Positions 46,946 through 57,765 of a DNA stretch of 64,000 nucleotides are shown here, in pieces. The first letter of the stretch is position 1; each line of letters opens with the position of its first letter. The DNA is from Minisyncoccota bacterium. Lineage in GTDB: Bacteria; Patescibacteriota; Minisyncoccia; Phycocordibacterales; UBA2100. The position numbers were made by a program, and so were the translations under genes. The stretch covers positions 138,814-202,813 of the forward strand of contig OZ253947.1 of assembly GCA_965267345.1 (NCBI GenBank). Direction: 5' to 3'. The notes below the pieces were generated by a model. That model was not told the origin of the DNA. It searched no databases and saw nothing but the letters and a program-made list of their open reading frames with translations.

Positions 46946-49900
46946 ATGAAGACAAACAAAGAAACACTCATCAACGACTTCGATCAGGTGACGCTTAAGC
47001 TCGCCAGTCCGGAGCGCATCGAAGAATGGTCACGCGGCGAAGTAACCAAGCCCGAGACCATTAACTACCGCACGCAGCGACCGGAGAAGAACGGTTTGTT
47101 CGACGAAAAGATTTTCGGTCCGGAAAAAGACTTCGAATGTTACTGTGGGAAGTACCGCGGCATTCGCTTTAAGGGCATTGTGTGTGAAAAGTGTGGTGTT
47201 GAAGTCACCCGCAGCGTCGTGCGTCGTGAGCGCATGGGGCACATTGAATTGGCGACACCTGTTGCCCATATCTGGTTCCTGCGCGGCATTCCGTCACGCA
47301 TCGCACTGATGCTCGGCATTTCAGCGTCTGACGTTGAAAAGGTGGTCTACTTTGCCGGCTACATCATTACGAAGGTGATCGACGAAGAGAAGGCACGCTT
47401 GCTGAAGGATCTGGAAAACGAATTTAAAGCAAAGGCGAAAGACCTCAAAGACGAAAACGCCAAAAAGAAACTCAAAGACATGGCAAGTGCTGCCAAGAAG
47501 GAAATTGAGAGTATTAAGGAAGGTATCGTGCTCGACGAGGCCGACTACCACAAGTTTGCCCTCAAGTACTCAGCATGTTTTGAGGCACGCATTGGTGCGG
47601 AAGCACTGTACGACATCTTCAAAAATGTCGACCTTAAAACGTTCAAAGACGAGCTGCTTACCCAGTACGAAAAAGCAGGTGCTGCTGATCGCGCGAAACT
47701 GCAGAAGCGCATTGCACTCGTCAGCAACATGATTGAGGCCAACATCCGCCCTGAGTGGATGTTTATGACGCGACTCCCTGTTATTCCGCCGGCGCTGCGT
47801 CCGATGGTGGCACTGGAAGGTGGTCGCCACGCCAGCTCCGACATCAACGACCTCTACCGTCGTGTCATCAACCGAAACAATCGACTCAAAAAACTGAAAG
47901 ACATTTACGCACCCGACGTTATTTTGCGTAACGAAAAGCGCATCTTGCAGGAAGCGGTTGACGCGCTGCTCGATAACTCAGTACGTCGCGGCAACACGGC
48001 CTACTCGGTCGGTGGGCAACGCACCCGTCCGCTGAAGTCACTCGCTGATTACCTGAAGGGTAAGCAGGGGTACTTCCGTCAGAACTTGCTCGGTAAGCGT
48101 GTCGACTACTCAGGTCGCTCGGTGATTGTGATCGGTCCGACACTCGCACTCGACCAGTGTGGTCTGCCAAAGATGATGGCACTTGAGCTGTTCCGTCCGT
48201 TTGTGATTGCGGGACTGCTCGAGCGAGAAATTGCCTACAACATTCGCGGCGCCGGTCGCCTCATTGAAGAGGGTATTCCGGAAGTGTGGGCGATCCTCGA
48301 AGAGGTGATTAAAGACAAATTCGTATTGCTCAACCGCGCACCAACACTGCACCGTCAGAGTATGCAGGCATTTCGTCCGGTGCTCATCGAAGGTTCGGCA
48401 ATTCAGCTGCATCCGCTCGTCTGTGAAGCATTCAACGCCGACTTCGACGGTGACCAGATGGCCGTGCACGTACCGCTGTCAGCGGAAGCACAGCTTGAGG
48501 CACGCGAAATCATGTCGGCACACAAAAATATTCTCAAGCCCGGATCCGGTGACGTGACGACCAACGCGCGTCAGGACATGATTCTCGGTATCTACTGGAT
48601 GACCAAAGAGGTAGCGGGCGCCAAAGGCGAGGGCCGCACCTTCGAGAGCACCAACCGCGCTATCGGTGCGTACGACTACGACATCGTTGACTTCCGCGCA
48701 AAAATTCAGGTGCTCCCAAGTGATTCACCAAAGTACGCACAGTTTGAGGGCAAACTCTTCGAGACAACCGTTGGCCGTCTGCTCTTTAACTCAGTGCTGC
48801 CGACCGACTTCCCGTACATTAACGAGACCATTGACCGTCGCAAGATGAGCGCCATCGTGGATGATCTCATCGCACAGTACGGACTCGAAGGCATGCCAAG
48901 CATCCTCGACAAGATCAAAGACTTCGGCTTCAAGTACGCAACACACGCCGGTATTACGTGGGGACTCTCAGACTTGGCAACACCGGTGAAGAAAGACGAC
49001 ATTATCGAAGAGAGTACGAAGGCCGTCCTCGAACTGCGCGAGCAGTACAATGAAGGACTCCTCTCTGACGCAGAGCGTCGCCGTATGACCATTGAAATCT
49101 GGCACAAGGCGAAAACGGCAATTGAGGAATCGGTTATGGAGGCTGTTGATCCAAACGGATCAGTGCACGACATGATTACCTCAGGTGCGCGTGGTTCTGT
49201 CGGACAGCTCACCCACATGACGGGTATGAAGGGACTCATCCAGAACCCGAACGGTGACATTATTGAGACTCCCGTTATTGCCTCATACAAAGAGGGTATG
49301 ACGCCAATTGAGTACTTCATTACCACACACGGTTCGCGTAAGGGTCTGGCCGACACGGCACTCAAGACCGCACAGGCGGGATACCTGACCCGTCGTCTGT
49401 TCGACGTGGCACAGGACATTGTGGTGACCGAAGACGACTGTGGTACGCGTGACGGTATTACCATTTACCGTGTGAACGCACTTGGCATGGAAATTCCGTT
49501 CGATCACTCACTCAAAGGTCGCGTGCTCGCTGAAGAGCTGAAGGTTGGAGACGATACCTTCAAGAAGGGACACTTGGTGACCACACTCGAGGCAATCGCC
49601 ATTCAGGCATCTGACATTCAGGAAGCAGTGGTGCGCTCGCCAATGACCTGTAAGACACAGCGTGGCGTCTGCCAGAAGTGTTACGGTTTCGACATGACCA
49701 CAAATGAACTGGTACGCATCGGTGAAGCCGTTGGTACCGTTGCTGCGCAGTCACTGGGTGAGCCATCAACACAGCTGACCATGAACACGAAGCACGCCGG
49801 TGGTGCCGCCTCAGTTGGTGGTGACATTACCCAAGGTTTGCCGCGTGTTGAAGAAGTGTTCGACCGCCGTTCACCAAAGAACCCGACTGCCATTGCACAC

Positions 49901-50623
49901 ATTGATGGTGTGGTGTCAGACCTGATCAAAGACGGTGACGACACAATCATCACACTGCTCCCTGAGGGTAGCAGCAAGAACGCGCGTAAGCGTGATATCG
50001 AGTACCGCGTGCCGGCCATTCGCCAAATTCTCGTGAAGAAGGGCGAGGCAGTCACCAAGGGACAATTCATGACTGATGGTTCTGCCGACCTTGAGGATCT
50101 CTTCCGCTACGGTGGCAAGGAGGCGACGCAGGAGTACATCATTTCTGAAATCAATAAGATTTACGAGCTGCAGGGTATTACGGTATCGCGCAAGCACCTC
50201 GAAGTCGTCATCAAACAGATGTTCTCACGTCGCAAAATTAAGACAGCGGGTGATACGAAATTCACTGCCGGTCAGGTGGTTGAAGATGTTGAACTCGAGC
50301 GCGAAAACGAGCGCGTAAAGGGCGAAGGTGGCACTGCTGCCGTTGGTGAACAGCTCGTCAGTGGTATTACCGAAACTGCACTGACACGTGACAGCTTCCT
50401 GTCAGCGTCATCATTCCAGAACACGACCCGCAAGCTCTCTGAAGCAGCGGTACGTGGTGCGGTTGATAAACTCGAAGGACTGAAAGAAAACGTTATCGTT
50501 GGACGCCTCATTCCGGCCGGTAGTGGCTTTGAGGGCAGCGAAAAGTATGCAGCAGTACACGAACTCAAGAACGAACTCGATCGTCTCGATCGCGAGGCGA
50601 TGGCAGCAGCAGACGACGAGTAG
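46946..50623 (+). CDS. rpoC: RNA polymerase beta' subunit
   Basis: CYCGKY zinc finger, GKRVDYSGRSVI, NADFDGDQM. Confidence 0.99.
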   Translation: MKTNKETLINDFDQVTLKLASPERIEEWSRGEVTKPETINYRTQRPEKNGLFDEKIFGPEKDFECYCGKYRGIRFKGIVCEKCGVEVTRSVVRRERMGHIELATPVAHIWFLRGIPSRIALMLGISASDVEKVVYFAGYIITKVIDEEKARLLKDLENEFKAKAKDLKDENAKKKLKDMASAAKKEIESIKEGIVLDEADYHKFALKYSACFEARIGAEALYDIFKNVDLKTFKDELLTQYEKAGAADRAKLQKRIALVSNMIEANIRPEWMFMTRLPVIPPALRPMVALEGGRHASSDINDLYRRVINRNNRLKKLKDIYAPDVILRNEKRILQEAVDALLDNSVRRGNTAYSVGGQRTRPLKSLADYLKGKQGYFRQNLLGKRVDYSGRSVIVIGPTLALDQCGLPKMMALELFRPFVIAGLLEREIAYNIRGAGRLIEEGIPEVWAILEEVIKDKFVLLNRAPTLHRQSMQAFRPVLIEGSAIQLHPLVCEAFNADFDGDQMAVHVPLSAEAQLEAREIMSAHKNILKPGSGDVTTNARQDMILGIYWMTKEVAGAKGEGRTFESTNRAIGAYDYDIVDFRAKIQVLPSDSPKYAQFEGKLFETTVGRLLFNSVLPTDFPYINETIDRRKMSAIVDDLIAQYGLEGMPSILDKIKDFGFKYATHAGITWGLSDLATPVKKDDIIEESTKAVLELREQYNEGLLSDAERRRMTIEIWHKAKTAIEESVMEAVDPNGSVHDMITSGARGSVGQLTHMTGMKGLIQNPNGDIIETPVIASYKEGMTPIEYFITTHGSRKGLADTALKTAQAGYLTRRLFDVAQDIVVTEDDCGTRDGITIYRVNALGMEIPFDHSLKGRVLAEELKVGDDTFKKGHLVTTLEAIAIQASDIQEAVVRSPMTCKTQRGVCQKCYGFDMTTNELVRIGEAVGTVAAQSLGEPSTQLTMNTKHAGGAASVGGDITQGLPRVEEVFDRRSPKNPTAIAHIDGVVSDLIKDGDDTIITLLPEGSSKNARKRDIEYRVPAIRQILVKKGEAVTKGQFMTDGSADLEDLFRYGGKEATQEYIISEINKIYELQGITVSRKHLEVVIKQMFSRRKIKTAGDTKFTAGQVVEDVELERENERVKGEGGTAAVGEQLVSGITETALTRDSFLSASSFQNTTRKLSEAAVRGAVDKLEGLKENVIVGRLIPAGSGFEGSEKYAAVHELKNELDRLDREAMAAADDE

Positions 50624-50682
50624 AGCGCGCGGTGCGCTATACTGTGAGTCACGGGCAGACCAGCCCGCGCACCAATACGCGT

Positions 50683-52419
50683 ATGAGTACTGTTGACCAA
50701 ATCAAAGGACGTCTGTCTATTGAGGATGTTGTTGCGCAGTACGTAAAACTGACACCTGCCGGCGCAAACATGAAGGCGCGCTGTCCCTTTCACAATGAGC
50801 GTACGCCGTCATTCATGATTTCACCGGCGCGGCAGACGTACCACTGCTTCGGGTGCGGTGTCGGTGGCGATATGTTCACCTTCATTCAGGAAATCGAAGG
50901 GCTCGATTTCAAAGGTGCACTCAAGCTTCTTGCCGACAAGGCGGGTGTGGAGATCACCTACGAACCGCGCGAGGATCGCGACGAGAAGGACGAGCTGTAC
51001 GCGCTCATGGAAGCAGCGACAGTGTTCTTTGAGAAGCAGTTTGCCGACCACACAGCGGCACAGAAGTACATGGACGAGCGCGGGGTTACGCAGAAAACGC
51101 GCACGGCGTTTCGTATCGGATTTGCACCCGACGCATGGGATGCACTACTCACACATCTCAGGGCGCAGGGCTTTAGCGACGCGCGTATTGAAGCGGCCGG
51201 ACTCAGTAAGCGTGGCGAGCGTGCCAATCGATACTACGATCGATTTCGCTCGCGCATCATGTTCCCGATTGCCGACAGCGCCGGACGCGTCGTTGCGTTT
51301 TCGGGGCGAATTTTCTCGTCTGAACAGCAAAAAAGCACAAAAGGGGAGGGCGAGGTCGCTAAGTACATTAACTCGCCGGAGACACCGCTCTATCACAAAT
51401 CGCGTTTGTTGTACGGCTACGATCGCGCACGGCAGAGCATCCGAAAACTCGACTTTGCTATTTTGGTTGAAGGGCAGATGGATCTGCTTGCCACGCATCA
51501 GGCAGGGTACACAAATACAGTGGCACTTTCCGGCACGGCACTCACACCCGAGCACATTACGCTGTTGAGTCGCATGTCGCACAATCTCGTCATCGCGCTT
51601 GACGCTGATGACGCGGGTGTCGCCAGTGCAGGGAAGAGTGCGCGCGCAGCGCTCCGTGCCGGTTTTGACGTGAAGATTGCCGAACTCCCCGAAGGAAGCG
51701 ACCCCGCCGACATTCTTGCCGCGGGCGACGCTGACGTATGGCGCGACGTCATTAAAAATGCGGGGCACGTTATTGAGTTTCTACTTGCACGGTACCGTCG
51801 CCGCGCAGCCGACGAACGTGCATTCAAGCGAGCTGTCGAAAAGCACGTGCTGCCGTTTCTTGCCGACATTACGAGTGAAATAGATAAAACGCACTTCATA
51901 CAACTCGTCGCAGCGCGCTTGAAGGTAAGTGAAGAAGTGGTACGGACTGCACTTGCCGATGTTGCGCGGAACGAAGATTCGTTTGTTACATCTGCCGCTG
52001 ATAGCGCACACAAGCGAACAACTGCGCCTGATGCACAGGAAACACTTATACAGCTCCTCAAGTGGCAGAAACAATTACCGAAACCCGCGGTTGACGTTGC
52101 GAACGTGGAAGCGCAGCTCGAGGAACTCCTCACTCCAGTCGGCGTGTCGGCGCTACAGGAGAAGCTCAAAGACGACACGCACGCTGCGTTTCGCTTCGAA
52201 GCACTGTTTGGTGATGCTGAGAGCGTGCAGCATGCAACAGAAGAGCTCCTCATTCGTCTCAAGAAAGAGCTGCTCACGGCAGCACTGCAGCAGGCGATTG
52301 AGCAACTGCGACAGGCAGAGAGTGAAGGGGATACCGCGCGCGTCGCGCAGTACCAGAAGGACTGTCAGGATTTACATACCCAATTACGTGATTTGCAAGA
52401 TGCAGGTGTTGAAAATTAG
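50683..52419 (+). CDS. dnaG: DNA primase
   Basis: CPFH..TPSF, CFGC, FRSRIMFPI, KYINSPET, EGQMD, DADDAG. Confidence 0.97.
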   Translation: MSTVDQIKGRLSIEDVVAQYVKLTPAGANMKARCPFHNERTPSFMISPARQTYHCFGCGVGGDMFTFIQEIEGLDFKGALKLLADKAGVEITYEPREDRDEKDELYALMEAATVFFEKQFADHTAAQKYMDERGVTQKTRTAFRIGFAPDAWDALLTHLRAQGFSDARIEAAGLSKRGERANRYYDRFRSRIMFPIADSAGRVVAFSGRIFSSEQQKSTKGEGEVAKYINSPETPLYHKSRLLYGYDRARQSIRKLDFAILVEGQMDLLATHQAGYTNTVALSGTALTPEHITLLSRMSHNLVIALDADDAGVASAGKSARAALRAGFDVKIAELPEGSDPADILAAGDADVWRDVIKNAGHVIEFLLARYRRRAADERAFKRAVEKHVLPFLADITSEIDKTHFIQLVAARLKVSEEVVRTALADVARNEDSFVTSAADSAHKRTTAPDAQETLIQLLKWQKQLPKPAVDVANVEAQLEELLTPVGVSALQEKLKDDTHAAFRFEALFGDAESVQHATEELLIRLKKELLTAALQQAIEQLRQAESEGDTARVAQYQKDCQDLHTQLRDLQDAGVEN

Positions 52420-52446
52420 CAAAAACAATATAGAGTAGTAAGAATT

Positions 52447-53718
52447 ATGGCTCAAAAGAAGGCGGCGAAAAAAGCTGCTCGCACGAAAGGCGCTGCTGCC
52501 AAAAAAGCGGCAACACCAAAAAAGCGCGCAGTAAAAAAGAAGACCACATCACGCAGCACACGCACTGCGGCGAAAAAGGCTACAGGCCGCAAAACGCCGG
52601 TACGTAGGACAGCAGCGAAAGCGGCGAAAAGCACGAAGAGTACGCCAGATAGCCGCGAAAAGCACGCAAAGTTGCTGATGAAGCAGGGGCATGAGCGTGG
52701 CTACGTGACGTACGACGAAATACTCAAGGAGGTGCCGACTATTGAGCAAGATATTGATTTTCTCGAGGAAATGTACGAGCGGTTTGCCGCTGCTGGCATT
52801 GATGTGATTGAAGGCGGCGGTATGCTCGAGGACAACACTGCCGAGTTGCTGGACAATCGCAAGTTTGGTTCCGGAAGCGAGGGCGCCCGCGATTCAGTGC
52901 AAATGTATTTGCGCGAAATCGGGCAGTACCCGCTTTTGAATGCCGAACAGGAGAAAGAGCTGGCAAAACGCATTGAAGCGGGTGATGACGAAGCGCGTGG
53001 TATCTTGGCGCGTTCAAACTTGCGCTTGGTGGTATCTATCGCCAAAAAGTACGTTGGCCGCTCGAGCGACCTCACGCTGCTTGATCTGATTCAAGAAGGT
53101 AACATCGGCCTCTTTAAGGCAGTTGATAAATTTGATTACACAAAGGGCTACAAGTTTTCAACGTATGCGACCTGGTGGATTCGTCAGGCAATCACCCGCG
53201 CACTTGCTGATCAGTCGCGCACCATTCGTATCCCCGTGCATATGGTGGAAACCATTGCCAAGTATAAGCAGCGCGTGCGCGAGCTTTCACAGCACCTCGG
53301 CCGCGACCCGATGCCCGAAGAAATTGCCGTTGAGATGGGGCTCGACGTTGATAAGGTGCATCACATTCAAAAGATTAGCCAAGCGACGGTGTCACTGGAG
53401 TCACCTGTGGGTGACGAAGGAGAAGACAAGTCGACACTCGGAAACTTCATTGCTGACGATAAAATTGAGTCACCTGATCAGGCGGCGAGTCGCCGCATTC
53501 TCTCTGAGCATATTATGGCGGTACTCGACGAGCTTTCCGATAAAGAGCGTAAGATTCTCGAGATGCGTAACGGTCTCAATGAGGAGGGCATTTGCTACAC
53601 ACTTGAGGAAGTGGGGCGCATGTTTGGTGTGACGCGTGAGCGTATTCGCCAGATTGAAGCAAAAGCACTTGAGAAAATTCGTTTCCACGAACGCGCTGAG
53701 CAACTCAAAAACTACTAG
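52447..53718 (+). CDS. rpoD: Primary sigma70 factor with Lys/Ala-rich N-terminal extension
   Basis: [46 protein letters not shown]. Confidence 0.96.
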   Translation: MAQKKAAKKAARTKGAAAKKAATPKKRAVKKKTTSRSTRTAAKKATGRKTPVRRTAAKAAKSTKSTPDSREKHAKLLMKQGHERGYVTYDEILKEVPTIEQDIDFLEEMYERFAAAGIDVIEGGGMLEDNTAELLDNRKFGSGSEGARDSVQMYLREIGQYPLLNAEQEKELAKRIEAGDDEARGILARSNLRLVVSIAKKYVGRSSDLTLLDLIQEGNIGLFKAVDKFDYTKGYKFSTYATWWIRQAITRALADQSRTIRIPVHMVETIAKYKQRVRELSQHLGRDPMPEEIAVEMGLDVDKVHHIQKISQATVSLESPVGDEGEDKSTLGNFIADDKIESPDQAASRRILSEHIMAVLDELSDKERKILEMRNGLNEEGICYTLEEVGRMFGVTRERIRQIEAKALEKIRFHERAEQLKNY

Positions 53719-53774
53719 AATACAAAAACCCTGCCACTCTGGCGTGGTTTTTGTATTGTGTTTGGATTAAGTCG

Positions 53775-55076
53775 TTAGGATACGAAGCCGGTCGTGTGGA
53801 AGATAATGAGCGCGACGGTGGCTATCGACAGGCCGACGGCGGTCACGACTGCACCCGACTTGAGCCACTTGATGAAGGAGATTGGTTCATCAGTTTGTTC
53901 TGCTTTTGAAACAACGATAATACCGGCGGTTGAGCCAATTGGTGATCCATTACCACCAAAGCCAACACCAAAGACCAGTGCCCACCAGAGCAGGTCAACC
54001 GGTATGCCAGAGCTTTCAAGGTAGAGCACGATCGGAATCATTGCCACGGTCAGTGGGATGTTGTCGACGATAGCTGACGCAATAGCCGATACCCACAAAA
54101 TAATGATGGCGGTGAGTAGCAAGTTACTCTCGGCACTTGCCGTGATGAGATGCGCCAGCTGTTCAAGGACACCGGCGTGTTCGAGACCACCAACGGTGAT
54201 AAACAATGAGGCGAAGAAGAGCAGCACGGAGAGCTCAGTTCTTTGAATAATCGGCTGCGGGTCTTCAGTTGCCGTTACGAGAAGCAAAATGACTGATGCA
54301 CCCATGAGTGCAATGAGTGATGCCTCCAAGTGGAGCATGCCGTGCAAAAAGAAGAGTACAACAACACCGCCGAGTACGATAAGCGCTTTCTTGAGCGTGT
54401 GCGGATCGGTGATCGCCTCGCGCTCATTCATCTGCATCAGCTCGTCAATGTGCTGTGGTTCCTGCGCAATTTCCTTTTTGAAGAGAAAGCGGAACACAAG
54501 GAAGGTAATGGCGCCAACAACAATAGTCACCGGCAACGAGTGCAAGAGGAAGGTGTTAAAGGTAAAGTCAGCCGCCGAGCCGATCATGATGTTTGGCGGA
54601 TCACCAACCAGTGTGGCGGTACCACCGACGTTCGAGAGCATCGCCTCGACGAGCAAAATTGGCGTCGCACTAATGCCGAGCATACGCGCGATAATAATAG
54701 TGATTGGTACAATCAGAATGATCGTGGTGACGTTATCGAGAATCATCGACAGGAACGCCGTCAACGAACCTAGCGCCAGCATCAAGAGCCATGGTTTCCC
54801 GCCTGTTTTCTTTGCGGTGAGAATACCGAGGTACTGGAACACACCCGTGCGTTCGAGCACCACAACGAGCACCATCATACCGAATAAGAGGCCGAGTGTG
54901 TTGAAGTCAACGGCCATCAAAGCATCTTCGGGGTGGTAGAAATCAAATGCGATGCCGGCAACCACCATCAAGACGGCACCGGCCATGGCGACAACGGTGC
55001 GATGGACGCGCTCGGTGAGGATGAGTGCGAACGTGACACCGAAGATGAGACTACTGATTATTGCTGCAAGTGACAT
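53775..55076 (-). CDS. ArsB/NhaD/CitMHS (IT superfamily) permease
   Basis: LDNVTT, GGTATLVGDPPN, IVDNIP, GGNGSPIGS; many TMs. Confidence 0.9.
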   Translation of the reverse strand: MSLAAIISSLIFGVTFALILTERVHRTVVAMAGAVLMVVAGIAFDFYHPEDALMAVDFNTLGLLFGMMVLVVVLERTGVFQYLGILTAKKTGGKPWLLMLALGSLTAFLSMILDNVTTIILIVPITIIIARMLGISATPILLVEAMLSNVGGTATLVGDPPNIMIGSAADFTFNTFLLHSLPVTIVVGAITFLVFRFLFKKEIAQEPQHIDELMQMNEREAITDPHTLKKALIVLGGVVVLFFLHGMLHLEASLIALMGASVILLLVTATEDPQPIIQRTELSVLLFFASLFITVGGLEHAGVLEQLAHLITASAESNLLLTAIIILWVSAIASAIVDNIPLTVAMIPIVLYLESSGIPVDLLWWALVFGVGFGGNGSPIGSTAGIIVVSKAEQTDEPISFIKWLKSGAVVTAVGLSIATVALIIFHTTGFVS

Positions 55077-55134
55077 ACAAATGAAAGACGGTGCGCCCCG
55101 TATATGAGAGCGCACCAGTTACGTTACCCGTGAG

Positions 55135-55638
55135 TTATTTATCGTCTAAGTCAGTGAAGCAGTCGCCGCAGAGTCCGAGCGTCATACCGATAACCTGCTT
55201 CAGTTCGGTGCGCGTCAGAATGCCAAGCGGCTTTCGCGCATCATCGACAACCACAATGCGTCCGCGACCTGATTGCGCGGCAATGACTGCCGCTTCAATA
55301 ATGTTGCCGTCCGCCTGCATTGAGGGCACGTCGGTGTCCATGAATTCAGTGACGGGCGTATCTTTAACGCGCTCAGCGTCTTTTTTAAGGAGTGAGAGGT
55401 TTGCGAATCGCGCGGCCACTTCACTTTCCTCGAGGTAGTCGGGGAGTACGGCTTTGATGATATCAAGTGCCGTGACCATACCAACCAGCGCACCACTGTC
55501 ATCGACAACCGTGAGCGAATTGCGCTTCTCTTCGATCATTTTTTTGAGCGTTGAGAAAAGCGTCTCTGTATTAGGGATAAGAATAGATGGACGCATGATG
55601 GCGTCCGCATTTACGCGTGTGCTATGAATATCAATCAT
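55135..55638 (-). CDS. CBS domain pair protein
   Basis: LTVVDDSGALVGMVT..D and VVVDD..PLGILTRTEL. Confidence 0.88.
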   Translation of the reverse strand: MIDIHSTRVNADAIMRPSILIPNTETLFSTLKKMIEEKRNSLTVVDDSGALVGMVTALDIIKAVLPDYLEESEVAARFANLSLLKKDAERVKDTPVTEFMDTDVPSMQADGNIIEAAVIAAQSGRGRIVVVDDARKPLGILTRTELKQVIGMTLGLCGDCFTDLDDK

Positions 55639-55728
55639 AAACGGCGCAAATATACACCCGTCACCACACGGGTGCAAGGGGTGCTGTGCACAGAGCGCTG
55701 CAGCGGTGTGTGCTATACTGCGCGAATT

Positions 55729-56883
55729 ATGGATTACGGCGCAGAGTCACTGAAACAGCATGCAGCAAAGAAGGGCAAGCTCAGTGTTGAGAGTACCTTT
55801 CCGCTGACCACTACCGATGAGCTCTCCATTGCCTACACTCCGGGCATTGCATCAGTGTCACAAGAGCTTGCAGCACATCCTGAGCGCGCTGCTGAGTTTG
55901 TCACGGCAAAGCGTACGGTGGCGGTAGTTACCGACGGCTCCGCCGTACTCGGGCTGGGCAATATCGGGCCTGTTGCCGCACTGCCTGTCATGGAGGGAAA
56001 GGCGGCACTCTTTAAGCGTTTTGCCGATATTGATGCATTTCCTATTGCTCTTAATACGCAAGACGTTGACGAAATCGTTGAAACCATTGTACGCATTACA
56101 CCGACGTTTGGCGGCATTAACCTCGAAGACATTGCTGCGCCGCGCTGTTTTGAAATTGAAGAGCGGCTCAAGCGCATCCTGCCGATTCCCGTATTTCATG
56201 ACGATCAGCACGGCACGGCGATTGTGGTACTTGCGGCACTACTCAATGCGCTCACGGTTACGAAGCGGGAGAAGGAAACCACAAAAATTGTTGTTGCCGG
56301 TTCAGGTGCTGCCGGCATTGCTATTGTGAGCCTCCTGAACAAGGCAGGATTTCCGCGTGTGTCGCTCGTTGATCGTGGTGGTATTGTCTCGGAGTGCCGA
56401 GATGACCTCAATCACGCACAACAGCGCATGCTCGAGTGCTGTGCGATTAGTGAAATATGTGGTGACCTCAAGGACGTTGTGGTAAATGCGGATGTGTTTA
56501 TCGGTGTTTCAGCCGCTAATATTCTCACGTCCGAAATGGTTGTCACGATGCAAAAGAATCCGATTATTTTTGCGCTCGCAAACCCGACGCCGGAAATTAC
56601 ACCTGAAGATGCGCACGCTGCGGGTGCCGCCGTTGTCGCAACGGGGCGGTCCGATTATCCGAATCAGGTAAACAACGTCCTCGCATTTCCAGGGATCTTT
56701 AAGGGCGCATTTGCGGCGGGTGTTAAACAAATTACTGATGATATGAAGCTACGCGCAGCGCATGTACTGGCTGCGCTGGTGCCGACGCCAACAGCGGAGT
56801 GTATTATTCCGAATCCATTTCTCGACGGTGTAGCTGATGCTGTTGCCGACGCCGTGTGCGCCGCAGCTGCATCAGATGAATAG
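55729..56883 (+). CDS. NAD(P)-dependent malic enzyme
   Basis: AYTPG, TDGSAVLGLG, MEGKA, NLEDI, HDDQHGT, ALANPTPEI, GRSDYPNQVNN. Confidence 0.96.
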   Translation: MDYGAESLKQHAAKKGKLSVESTFPLTTTDELSIAYTPGIASVSQELAAHPERAAEFVTAKRTVAVVTDGSAVLGLGNIGPVAALPVMEGKAALFKRFADIDAFPIALNTQDVDEIVETIVRITPTFGGINLEDIAAPRCFEIEERLKRILPIPVFHDDQHGTAIVVLAALLNALTVTKREKETTKIVVAGSGAAGIAIVSLLNKAGFPRVSLVDRGGIVSECRDDLNHAQQRMLECCAISEICGDLKDVVVNADVFIGVSAANILTSEMVVTMQKNPIIFALANPTPEITPEDAHAAGAAVVATGRSDYPNQVNNVLAFPGIFKGAFAAGVKQITDDMKLRAAHVLAALVPTPTAECIIPNPFLDGVADAVADAVCAAAASDE

Positions 56884-57684
56884 CACTAAACTCAGCGCCA
56901 TAATGGCCATGCCCACGATAAGCCCATAGGTGGCGATATGGTGGCGTCGGTAGGCTTGTGCCGCGGGCAGTAGCTGATCGAGTGAGATGAACACCATGAC
57001 GCCGCCGACAGCAGCAAATACCAGACCAAATACCATATCGTTAAATACGTGCAGCAGCACAAAGTAGCCAAGCAGCGCGCCGAGTGGCTCTGACAGTCCG
57101 GAGGCAAATGAGTACCAGAATGCTTTGAGGCGACTCCCCGTCGCATGGTAAATCGGAATTGCTACGGCGATGCCCTCAGGGATGTTATGAATCGCGATGG
57201 CAACGGCAATCGCGCTACCCAGTGCCGGATCGCTGAGTGCCGAGAGAAACGTCGCCAGTCCTTCAGGGAAATTGTGAATCGTAATCGCCAGTGCCGTAAA
57301 CAGACCCATGCGGAGTAATTTATGGCGTTCTTGCAACTCCTCGTCATCCATTTCAGTTGGGTCGTGAATTTCATGCGCATTGCCGTGGTCGCGGTCGAGA
57401 AGGCGGTCGAGCATTGCAACGAGTGCGATACCAACGAAAAAGGCGATCGTGGTGAGGGTATAGGCGATCGGTTCACTTGTAGTGGTCATGAGTGCGTCGC
57501 GCGCTTTCGGAAAAATTTCAATAAACGATACGTAGAGCATCACACCTGCAGACACCCCGAGGATGAATGAGAAAAATGCTTTGTTTGTCGGTTTCGCGAG
57601 AAAGGCGATGAGGCTGCCGATACCGGTTGAGAGACCGGCAAGTGCGGTGAGCGCAAATGCAATAAAGAGTGGATCAAATGACAT
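56872..57684 (-). CDS. zupT: ZIP-family zinc transporter ZupT
   Basis: SAGVMLYVSF, HNFPEG, HNIPEG, SGLSEP. Confidence 0.95.
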   Translation of the reverse strand: MSFDPLFIAFALTALAGLSTGIGSLIAFLAKPTNKAFFSFILGVSAGVMLYVSFIEIFPKARDALMTTTSEPIAYTLTTIAFFVGIALVAMLDRLLDRDHGNAHEIHDPTEMDDEELQERHKLLRMGLFTALAITIHNFPEGLATFLSALSDPALGSAIAVAIAIHNIPEGIAVAIPIYHATGSRLKAFWYSFASGLSEPLGALLGYFVLLHVFNDMVFGLVFAAVGGVMVFISLDQLLPAAQAYRRHHIATYGLIVGMAIMALSLVLFI

Positions 57685-57717
57685 GGCCAGTATCATATCG
57701 TATACTGGGTAAAACCG

Positions 57718-57746
57718 AAAGGCCGCTGCATTATGCAGCGGCCTTT
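57718..57746. terminator. Near-perfect palindrome, probable terminator of the 58068 ORF
   Basis: AAAGGCCGCTGCAT-T-ATGCAGCGGCCTTT. Confidence 0.6.
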
Positions 57747-57765
57747 ACTGTTTTCGAACGGTACG

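Noticed and set aside
19233-50623. Inteins or introns in gyrB, dnaE, rpoB or rpoC
   Set aside because: Lengths and motif order are continuous, with no splice or homing-endonuclease motifs
7070-51768. Long antisense or alternate-frame ORFs (e.g. 7070-7780, 8893-9558, 48706-49464, 50858-51568)
   Set aside because: They overlap well-supported genes and look like codon-bias shadows with no motifs or start signals
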